Of a stretch of DNA of 64,000 nucleotides, positions 33,601 to 45,671 are shown piece by piece (position 1 is the first letter of the stretch; every line of letters begins with the position of its first letter). The notes beneath the pieces were generated by a model. The model was not told the DNA's origin and ran no database searches. It saw only the letters and a list, made by a program, of their open reading frames with translations. Position numbers and translations under genes: made by a program. This stretch comes from Chrysomallon squamiferum (taxonomy: Eukaryota > Animalia > Mollusca): NCBI GenBank assembly GCA_012295275.1, contig CM022675.1:13826001-13890000 (forward strand), in the 5' to 3' direction.

Positions 33601-36600
33601 TTATTTTTAAATTGACAATGACACCTGTTTTTAAGTGTTTTATTTTTTAAATTGACAATGACACATGTTTTTAAGTGTTTTATTTTTTAAATTGACAATG
33701 ACACATGTTTTAAGTGTTTTATTTTTTAAATTGACAATGACACCCGTTTTTAAGTGTTTTATTTTTTAAATTGACAATTTTACATGTTTTTAAGTGTTTT
33801 ATTTTTTAAATTGACAATTTTACGTTTTTAAGTGTTTTATTTTTTAAATTGACAATTTTACATGTTTTAAGTGTTTTATTTTTTAAATTGATAATGACAC
33901 CTGTTTTTAAGTGTTTTATTTTTTAAATTGACAATGACACATTTTAAGTGTTTTATTTTTTAAATTGACAATTTTTCATGTTTTTAAGTGTTTTATTTTT
34001 TAAACTGACAATGACACCTGTTTTTAAGTGTTTTATTTTTTAAATTGACAATGACACCTGTTTTTAAGTGTTTTATTTTTTAAATTGACAATGACTCCTG
34101 TTTTTAAGTGTTTTATTTTTTAAATTGACAATGACTCCTGTTTTTAAGTGTTTTGTTTTTTCATGTCAGATGTTGGCGGCTGTGCGGATGGTGTTTTTGC
34201 TGTTGGCGTACGCTTTGTGCAATCTGAATCACTGGTGGACTGTTGCAGTGAGTTAACCATTTCCTTTGTTTTAATTTCTTTTATTTTAATTCTCTCTTCA
34301 TTTTTTATTTATTTTTTTATTACCTTTTTATTGTACTATTTTTTAGTTCTGTAAAAGAACTTTTCATTCTAATAGTTACAAATATTTATTTTTTATTTAT
34401 TACTGAAAGGTGTAACACTAGTTTAACACTGAACAGTGAGGTATGACTGTACCAGACATTGTCTTAAAGAAACAGTCAAGATAATCATAAATAAAATACA
34501 CTGATTTTCTTCTTACTGATGTCTAACCAGAGGTTTAAAACTGTGTTATATGTATCCCTTGGGGTAGATGAGTAGTTACCATGGGTTACGTGAGCAAAAT
34601 ACAGCAATAGTGGAAACACTATTTATAGAAAGACCGCTTAAAGTTAAAGAATGATAATCATCTCTACTAATATATTTTTTTTTTTTTTAAATTATAATTT
34701 TCAACATTTCATAATACAGTTTATTAAAAAAAAAAATTATTTTTTTTTTAAACTGACAAGTAACAACATCCTCCACCAAAACACACATTAATTGATAAAT
34801 AAATGAATAAATACATAAAAAATAAAAATAAAAACAATAATAACAATAACACTAACAATAATAATATAAATGATTTATTGACAGGACAAAGTAAAGAAAA
34901 AGAAAGGTAGACAATGTAAATTCACTAATAGAGATTCTGTGAGCTAAGATAGGAAAAAAACAAAATTCAATGTTTCTGTATTGTTTGTTATAGAAACATT
35001 TTTCATGTTGTTTAATTTTAGCAGTTGAATGGAACCTGTTTTTAAGAGTTTTAGTTTTTTAAATTGACAATGACACCTGTTTTTAAGTGTTTTATTTTTT
35101 AAATTGACAATGACACCTGTTTTTAAGAGTTTTATTTTTTTAAATTGACAATCACCTGTTTTTAAGTGTTTTATTTTTTTATATTGACAATGACACCTGT
35201 TTTTAAGAGTTTTATTTTTTTAAATTGACAGTGACACCTGTTTTTAAGTGTTTTAGTTTTTTAAATTGACAGTGACACATGTTTTTAAGTGTTTTAGTTT
35301 TTTAAATTGACAGTGACACCTGTTTTTAAGTGTTTTATTTTTGAATGTTTTAATATAAAAAGATGCTAATTAGATGTTTCCTGATTTAATGTGGTGTTAA
35401 ATTTCCATCTGATTTGAAATTTAAATTTTTCCTTTTGTTTCATTTTAGCTTAAACATTTTGGCAATGTCACAAAATTTCCCAAATATTTTTATTATTATT
35501 ATTATTATTATTTATTTTTATTTTTACTTTTTCAGGTAACAACTTTTCTTACCTGTGTTTACCTGCTTTGCAAGATCTTCCTATTTGATGTGAGTTTAAA
35601 AAAGTAATACTATTTATTGTATTAAAAATAAATTTATAAATTATAATAATATTAACAAAATAAGTTATGAATAATGCTGGTAACAGTGACGTAATTTAAT
35701 AATAATAATATACACATAGTCGTACAGTGCAAATCAAAATACATTCTTTGTGAAATTATACTTTGATATTCTTGTAAAATTTATTTATTTATTTACTTTT
35801 CAGTTTGGTAAAACAGACAGTGCTAAAAATCCTCTGAGTTTTCTGGTGCTGATAATATCATTCATTCTGGCCTGGGCAGAAACATGGTGGCTAGATTTCC
35901 GAGTGCTGCCACACGAAAAGAAAATAAGACAAAGAATAGCAACTATAGGTGTGTGATAATATGTTTAATTTATGATAAAAAATAACAGCTGTACACATGT
36001 GATAATGTTTTTAATTTATGATAATGTTATAGTAGCTGCTGGTACACAATACAGCTAGTATATTTAAAAACTATTTATAAATCCAGATCATAACCAACTT
36101 AATATACTTATTTTATAGAGATATGGTTAGGATATATCACATAAAGACAATATAATATATCTTGTAAATTACATGTGTGGCTGTGTTGTATCGAGTATAT
36201 GTAATATTAAATTAATATAGTTATTTTATGAATTTTAGTGTGACTGATGTAACTAGTATATGTAATATGATAAATAGTTATTTTATAATTTAGAGGTACA
36301 ACTGTTAGAAGTAGTACATATAATATGAAATAAATATAGATATTTTATAAATTATAGTTGTGCCTATGCTATAACTAGTATATGTGATATCAGTTTAAAT
36401 TGAATTATTTTATAACTCCAGGTCATGTCTATGGAGCAACAGAGAGGACTCCATTAATATCAGGTGACAGGTCACATGATGAAGCTAGCAGATACTATTC
36501 ACCAATAGAATCACCAGAAGGTAAGTTACACATTTTTCTTTTTGTCAAAAGTAGTGGTATGTACTACCTTGTGCATTATAGTTTTTTTAACAAAGACTGA

Positions 36601-36951
36601 AGTATGTCCTGTTGTAATCAAAGAAGTAAGCATATTAGATATCTTTGTTTTATTTCATAAAAGTTGGTGGTATGTGTTGCAAAGCTGTCTTTTTGCTTTT
36701 GTCATTTGTCAAAAAGATGGATCTAGTGTTAAAGAAAAGTTAAATATTAACTCAGTTATTATCATTCTCAGTAGTCACTGAAGTCTGTGGTATGTCCAGT
36801 CCTGACTAAAAGAAATTAGTTTTCTTTTTTTTTTTTTTTTTTATAAATTTATTCCATAACAAAATCATGTGTTACAAATTTTACTTTTGTTACAGTAAAA
36901 TACTTTTTTTATTATTATTATTACTTTTCTGTTTGATTTTTAAATTGATTA

Positions 36952-37001
<50 letters not shown>

Positions 37002-40000
37002 TTTTCAAAATACTGATTAAAATTAGTTTTTTGAAAGAAATATCAGTATTAATCAAATAATTATTTTAGAAAAAATAATTGTACATTAAGTAGAAAGAAA
37101 GCCTTTGCTATAAAAAGAAAAGTATAATAAAAATAGGTTGAGTTGGTGGCCCTGTCTTTATACTTTTTCCATAATAAATTGACTGCCAGTCTCTGTGTCT
37201 CTTTTGCAATTTACTGACATCATTTTTGTTTCTGAAATCTTTCAACATGAGTATTTTCTCTGAACAAAAAAAAAAAAAAAAAATTATAATAAAAATTACA
37301 GGGTTTGATATTAATTTTTTATTATTACTAGACCAGTGGACTAGTATGTCTTAGAATTTACTAGACCTGACCTAATATCAACTAGACCAAACTGTTGAAT
37401 GACAAAATATGCTTTAAGCAGGGATACTTTTGTTAAACTGTGCTTTGTATTGCATATTATTTGAAGAGTATACATAATAATTAACCAGTGTAACTATATG
37501 AATATAAAACATTGACAAAAACATTGTATTGTAACTTTTTTTTGCATATTTTACTCATGACTGAACAGTATTTAACATTAAAAGTTAACATTTGTAATTT
37601 TATTACATTGGATTAAGCTAAACTGTCTCTGTGGCAAACAATGCAATATCACTTCTTACAGAATATCCATATAGATTTTTCAGTTGATTGTTTGTGATGA
37701 CTCTTTCAGTTTGAGTTTGAATAGTCACTTTTGTACACAGACTACTCATGGATATTTTTATCTACACCAATTCTATGGGATCATAGAAATCAGGAGGCCT
37801 CGCCCTTTGCCCACCATCCCACCACAGTTCCATGCTTGTTGTGCATTGTAATCAGCTGGATTTGGCCCTTTAGTTGATCAGGCAATTCAGCATATCAATG
37901 TCCAGACAAGACTGCCTGTCTGACTTAATTAAGGCCATTGTGGAAAACCCCCTTGCACAGATTGCACTAGAAACTGGTATATATAAGGCCATTGTGGAAA
38001 ACCCCCTTGCACAGATTGCACTAGAAACTGGTATATATAAGATGATCTCAGGATGAGGACATTTTTCAGAGCATCCTTAAGGTTTGTAAACAGTCTGTTA
38101 TAGAAGTCTGACATACTGATGCTTCTGGGTTGTCTGTTTGTGTGAACCTTCAGTGCAGACTATTCTCTCCAGTACAGCTGAATAATAGTGGCACAGTTCA
38201 TTCAATCTTTCTTATCCATACACTGCTCTCTCTGCCCCAGTTTCTGGAAGATTGACTGGATAGAAAATTTGCATGTGCCTCAAGAGACAGTGTGACTCTG
38301 TCACCAACTGTGCTACTAAAGTGGCCAATAACCAAGTCAATCAGAGCATTCTGCTTGGTTTTGAACTGTTCCTGTGTCAGTGTTGGGCAATGGAGTTGAA
38401 CGTTCTTCAACTTATGGTCTTTGGTGACAGTGACCAGAAAATTCTGCAAGTTAACACCTGGCCACTGGTATAGAGCTGAGAGTCTTAAACATGCAGTTTC
38501 CAGGGCTTCAGTTGCTTCAGGTAAACTACAGCTATCCTGAAACTGCAGGGATAACTCACTCAGTATTGCTAATACATCTTTCAAGTGCAGTTCAAAAAAT
38601 TATAGTCCTTCAGATGTCTAAGAATATGTTGTGCTCTGGCTTGAACATTGACAGTTACCGACTTCCCCTTCAGCATGCTTTCAAAATATGTCATGAATGT
38701 AGAGTACTTACTCAAAAGGACATCAAACATCAGCTTAGATGTGGCATCCACCTTGTTCCAGACAGACTGACACGTTTGACCATCTTGTCTTCCATGGCCT
38801 CCAACAAAAATTGTAGTTCTCTCAGTGCCTTGACACTGTAGTGTTAGTGTTTATGTAAATTCGTGAGAACAGATGTGAGATCATCAAACATTTTACCATC
38901 CTTTTGCTTCATTGCATCTGTGGTCCTGAGTTCAAGACTGTGGCAAACACAATGCATGGCTACATGCGAGGTACCTGGTCTTTGAGCAACTTAGCCACAC
39001 TTTGTCTTTTCCCCACTTCACAATGGCACCATCTGATCCTGTTCCTATAAGCTTATGTTTCCAGTCCCAACCATGATCTACAACAGGGATCACCAGATCA
39101 CCCCCAAGAGCCAATTAAAAGCTGAATATTGATATTATCTGTATCCAACTTGTTAAGCCATTGGTGATAATTATTGTGAGAAATCATTAACATGATCAGT
39201 GTCTTTACATAGATGGGTATCATTATTAATAATATATAACAAAAGATAAACTGAACAAATTTGTTATTTCAGAAGAGTGTAACAAACTGACAGCCCTTCG
39301 TTGACTCAGTACCTATGAAGTAGCTCTCATGTTCAAAATTGTTGGTGTACTGTGATCTACATTGTCCATGGCTGTTTCAGTTGCATCCAGAACCCCTCTG
39401 CTTGTGCAAATACATTCTCTGGGACACCTTGCTCAGCAACTCTGGCATAAAACCTTTCATTTTCACTGACAGAGACATCTGTAGCACCGTCAAAACATGA
39501 TTGATAACACTTTGGCATTTTTCTCTTGAACTGACAGTAACCTGGGATACAAGGTAAATGGCAACTCTTCCGAAGCAATAAAATATGCAATATTAAAGTA
39601 AGCATCTAACTGATTCCTTTGATCTCCAATCAGCCTTCGAATAACAACATCTATACCACCAGTTACAGCCTGATGATAAGCTTAAACTCCACTGGGATCA
39701 GAGTGAGACTCCAAGGAACAACATTCTGAAACAATTTGCCGGAATGCATTGTGAAAACTGTGCCTGACGACTTGCCATGTTTGATGTAAACATTTTGTTT
39801 ATTTTTTGTATGTGAATTGGATTCAGAGGGGCTTTTTATTGCATCAGTTCTAAAATTATTTGTACCCTCAACAGCTCTCCTGGCAGTTTCATATTTTCTA
39901 CATGGAATGTAGAACATGGTATCGCATTCTTTATTATAACTTGTCTTTACCTTTCTGTGAGAACTGTTACTTTCACTTTTCTTTTTCATATTTTTCTTTA

Positions 40001-43000
40001 GATACTGCCTTACCCTTTCTTTTCTTGGACAAATCAATTTCTGACGGGTCTTTGTCAGATGAAAACCTGTATTTACGCAGGTCCATGTTGTCTGTTCAGT
40101 TATGACTATAACCACGTGTAAACAACCCAAAAACAGAATTGATTGTCATATATTTGAAAAACCTGGAAAATATTTATTCAAAGAACTTACACAATTTTAT
40201 GTTTGCATATTATTGCCTTATTCAATTTATTGGACAAAAAAAGAACAACCAATAATGTACCAAAGTATCAAGAAGAAACAATGATACTGTTTTTGCTTAT
40301 AGTATTTACGACATAGATTTATGCATACTAAATTTAACTGCATACTCTATATTCAGCAAATCTCGGTGAATTCCTGTCAGTTGGATCACCTCATCACATT
40401 CCACTGTATTTACATTTCACAGAAATGTGTGAGGTGTTCTGAATGTATCATGAGGTATGGAATCAACTGAGTTGCAATGAATGTCGCATCTACAAAAATT
40501 TCCATATCTATCAGCGTTTAGCACCAAGTAAGGATTGTTTAGTTTTTAACTGCATCCATCACATCTAATTATACAGAAACAGTTGTGATTAGACTGACCA
40601 AATCAGCCGTTGTTCAGTTGTGCCTTGCTGCCAATGCCTGATTACAGATTTATGAAATTGAAATATCTTTTATTTTCACTTTTTTTTTTTCCTTCACATG
40701 TTAATAATAATCAAATAAGAATCAAGTAATATAATGGTAATTTAAAACTCTGAACAAATAAAGCAATAATAATATATTTCTCTTTCAGAGGACCACAAAA
40801 TGATTGAAATTTTCTTTTAGGCTTTGTCTAAACAGAATTTATATGTTATATGTTGTTTCTGACCAGTGTTAAGTTGTATGTTAGTGTTTCAACAAATAGT
40901 TTACCCCAGAGGAGGAGAATCAGAAATAGTGATTAAATACACATACTGATAAAAGGTAAACACAAAAACTGAGTTTGTGATGAGAAGACGAATAACTGTG
41001 TATTCTTTATTAAACATTTGTTAACATAATTAATATCACTGTAATTCAAATCACTGTAATTCCATATTTGAATTAAATTTTACAATAACATTAACAAAAT
41101 GCCATTGTACATTTGTAATATAAATTATGCAAACTGTAATGAAAAATGTTTGTTTAATCTTATTTTACATCGTAATTGTTTTTATTTTTTTAGTGAAGTT
41201 AAAAAGTGTCAGTGAGTGTTTGTAAATACAAACTGTATGTTGACAAGTGTTTTTATTTCTGGTTATTTTACACCTCCTTTGTGGGTTTTTTATTTTGTGT
41301 CCTTTGTTGTTGGAATTATTACTGTTAAAATAACAAGTACTGTAAGATAAAATGTTGTTTTGACTTTGTCAAATTTCAGTATAATGTAGATATCTTGGCT
41401 GATTTATCTAGACAGAAACATCTGGGTTGAGTATAATAGCATTCCATTTACACTGAGGCAAAGTAAAAGATAGACTAAGGTAACATTCAGACTGAAATGT
41501 AATTAAAGGTATAATGACTAAGGTGATACTAAAGATGAAATATAAATGTATAATGACTAAAGGTGAAGTATAAACATATAATGACTAACGGTGAAGTATA
41601 AAGGTATAATGACTAAATGTGATATTAAATGTGAAGTATAAAATATGTAATGTCTAAGGTAATATTAAAGGTGAAGTATAAAAGTGTAATGACTAAGGTG
41701 ATATTAAAGGTGAAGTATAAATGTGTAATGACTGAAGCGATATTAAAGGTGAAGCATAAATGTATATGACTAAAGGTGAAGTATAAAGGTATATGACTAA
41801 AGGTGATATTAAAGGTGAAGTATAAACGTATGTGACTAAGATGATATTAAAGGTGAAGTATAAATGTATAATGACTGAGGTGACATTTGAGGTGAAGTAT
41901 AAAGGTATATGACTTAAGATGATATTAAAGGTGAAGAATAAACATATTTGACTAAAGGTGATATTAAAGGTGAAGTATAAAGTCATGTAACTAAGTTGAT
42001 ATTAAAGGTTTAATGACTGAGGTGACATTTGAGGTGAAGTGTAGTTAAAGGTATACAGCAGATGTTTTATTCAGAGTATTTGGAGTAAGATAAGAAAAGA
42101 AAAATATTGTTATGTTACAGCACAGAGTGACATACAGACAGACAGACAGAGTGTGCTAAGAATACAATTAAAGTAATTACAGTATTATTTTAATTATATT
42201 ATCATTATTGTTATTATTATTATTATTATTTTCATTATTTGTTTACTTATTCATTTACTTATGATTATTATTAATTTATATCATTTTTACACCTTTCTTT
42301 TTCTTCCAGAATGAATGCATATTAATAATATTTCTAAAAATAAACCAAACACTCAGAATAAAACACACCCGTATTAAATGAATGTATTTTTTTCACGACA
42401 GAGTCAACTGCCTCTGTTACTTCTTTAACATCCTTTAACTTGGTGACCTCAGTTGACATGGGATGTTTCTAAAAATAGATCAATCTTTTAGGAAGTGTTG
42501 TTTTTGTATCACGCCACCTTGTTTGTATGACGTGACTAAAAAAACCACGCCATGGTTACGGTGAATGGTCTGTTTCCACATGACTGACTGCACAGTTAGT
42601 GACCTCGGAGAAAGGTCAGGTACAACGTTGTAGCCGTATTGATTAAGTGGAAGACGTCCGTCATAGATCAAAAAAAAAAAAATAAACATCAGAAATGGCT
42701 GCAATGTTCATTCAGTTTGGTAGGAAGATTTTAGGAAAGCATGGGAAACATGGTAATTTTATCATTTTATTTCAACCAGACATCTTTCTCATTTCTTTGT
42801 CTGTCAGTACTGGTTTTGTCATATTTTAATTAATTCAGTCTCTAGTTAGTGATAACTGTTAATTATTGATTTTGTCATTTACTAGGTGATGTTGTGTGTA
42901 CAAATTTGATGACTAAATGATTATAATATATTTATCTGTGCACGTGTGTGTGTATGTCTGTGTGTGTATTTGTGTTTATCTCTGCATGTATTTCTTTGTG

Positions 43001-45632
43001 TGTGTCTGTCTCTTTCTCGGTGAGTTTGTTTGTATGAGTGCATGTGTGTTTTTGTATGTATCTGTGTTTGTGTCTGTGAACATGTTTCTTTGTATATGTC
43101 TGTGTCTTTCTCAGTGAGTGTGTGTGTATGTGTTTTTATTTCTATGTGTGTTTGTGTCTGCATGTATTTCTGTGTGTCTGTGTCTTTCTCAGTGAGTGTG
43201 TTTGTGTGTTTTTTTATGTATGTGTGTTTGTGTCTGCATGTATTTCTCTGTGTGTCTGTTTCTGAGTGTATGTTTTTATTTCTATGTGTGTTTGTGTCTG
43301 TGCATGTATTTCTGTGTGTGTCTGTTTCTGAGTGTATGTTTGTGTGTGTGGACGTTACTTGTGATTTTGTATTTACTGCTGTATGCACTTTCAATATATG
43401 TACACAAGAAATAGTTAAAAAGTTTATTTATTTATTTATTAAACAAATGACTGTATTTGCTTTGTTGTTTTTTTGCTGAATGTGGGTGTGGAGGTGTGTG
43501 TTTGTATGTGTGTGTGTACCTGTGTGTATACGTGTGTATACCTGTGTGTTTCTGTGTGTGCATTTATGATATATGTGTTTGTGATGAATATAATGTTTGT
43601 GTGCGTGAGTGTATGTGCATTTGTGGGTGTGTGTGTGTAAAACACATTTCTCACTGAAGACTGCTGTGTACTTTCTGTAGCCTAAGGTTAGTGCTGTAGA
43701 TAACGGTATCTGTGTCAGTCTACTCTAAAATCAGCTATAAATCAACACTTAACATTTGTAATTAAAATCTCTCTACACCATAAAACTTATTGTGAATAAC
43801 AAGCCAGATTTTATCTCTGAGATAAAAGCAGTTATTTTCTAGTGTTCACTTTTATTACATGTTGCTGCGATGTAACAATAGGAACTTTGAATCTTGTTAG
43901 AAGTTATTACAAGTATTTTTATTTAATTCATCTGTGTGTGTTACATAGCTTAAACTTAATAACTATTGTATATTCACTGTGTATATTTGATTATTTATTT
44001 GTTATTGTTGCAATTATTTCTTCATACTATTTTTCTATCATTACTACTCTATCTACAGCCATTTACTTCATGATGATGAAGATGATGATAAATCATTAAC
44101 ACATTATCATCATGATCACGATCATTACTAACATCTTTTTGATTATTATTATCATTATTGTTGTTATGCCAACAAAACAGCTACTACAACTGTTACTGCT
44201 ATTTACAGATTCTGGTGATGAAGATCAGGTGAACAAAGAACAGTTTCGGAGTCTGCCACCAACACGAGGTCATTCTCGACCTCACAGCAGAACTTCCCTT
44301 TACAAAGTGAGTTAGCGGTGTACTGCTCAATGTATATAAAATGTGTACTGCTCAATGTATGTAGAAGTTTCTGTTAATGGTCCTCAATGTTGTTTTTGTC
44401 ACATAGCCTATATTATATACCATCATCACTGTGGCATGGAGGACACAGATATATTTACTTTTAGGTTTTTTTTAATGAAACTTACTTTTTAAAAAGGTGT
44501 TAATATTTTTATTATTCAGACAGACAAACTATATAATATGAAATGAGTAAATTTATTTTAAAAATTTTAATTACCCATAAAACAATATGCAGAAAAATGG
44601 CATCAAGTAAGATGATGAATTGCAATTTGTGTGATCCTCCAGTTCAGAAAGCCATATTGGCAACATTTTAGGTTTTCGTTAACATGGCAAACAAGGGAGA
44701 AACACATCAGAGTCACATGCAGACACTGTGTGATAACCCTGAAATACTCTGGCAATACAACAAATTTGTTAACTTCAGATGTTGCAAAGGTACCACTGAG
44801 ACATGTCTCATACGTATTGGGTTGAAATGTGGAATCTCCAAAACGCTGAATCCAGTGTCCATGTTTCTAGTAACAAGACACGAGAGACCACACGATCCAC
44901 AGCTGAGTTTATTGTTAAAACTTTCATCTGTTTTCTGTACTGGAAAACGTGGGATTTAGGCAACTGATTAAATTCTTGGAACTCAGATTCAGATTCTCTC
45001 CCATCCCTTCTTTTCAGACACATCTGTATGTACACTGAAAGAACAGTTACTACATGAATGTGTATCTGCATTATTTGTAAGTGTAACAACAGAGTGATGC
45101 TGCTTCCAATGTGGTGTCTGCCATGAAACTCCTTCATCCACATCACATGCAGTGTTTTGCTTATAATCTGAATTTAGCAGCCCAAAAGGCTATGAAGGTG
45201 TCTGCTGTCTCCAATATCCTGACTCACTATAAATATAAGAATCATTTCATCTTGTTCACTCATGAGTCTATTTCACAATCCAGCCAGTGCCTCTTCTTTG
45301 GTAAAAGAGCTCTAGCTGCCAGTCAGTGACTGTAGAGTTGTATCAGTGATTTTCTTTTTTTCATTTTACACTTGTAACAAAATCATATCTAGTAACTGTT
45401 AATGGTTAAAACTGTGTCTAGCTGTCATTATTTCATTCTTTTTTATTTATTGTGCTGTAGTTATGGACAGTAAACACAAAATATTTTTTAAAAGAGACAA
45501 TAGGAAAATGAAAAAAGACACAAGAGGCTATTATTTTTATTTTTTAAATACTCAGCTTGTATAGAGTTTACTAACAGTAACAGATAAGATGCAGGTATTT
45601 GCAAAGAGCATCTTAAGGGTAGGGCAGACTTT

Positions 45633-45671
<39 letters not shown>

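Noticed and set aside
31905-34160. CRISPR-like periodic array (also considered 25320-25730 and 923-1225)
   Set aside because: Head-to-tail units with no unique spacers, no cas genes, and a eukaryotic intronic context.
35530-35545. Recursive-splicing-like CAG|GTAACA (also UBXN4 exon 2, CAG|GTAAAG)
   Set aside because: The flanking introns are short and the exon sequence is explained by the encoded protein.
37800-40130. Domesticated ZNF862-like host gene nested in STARD3
   Set aside because: Many stops and frameshifts and degraded Cys/His ligands indicate a fossil element.
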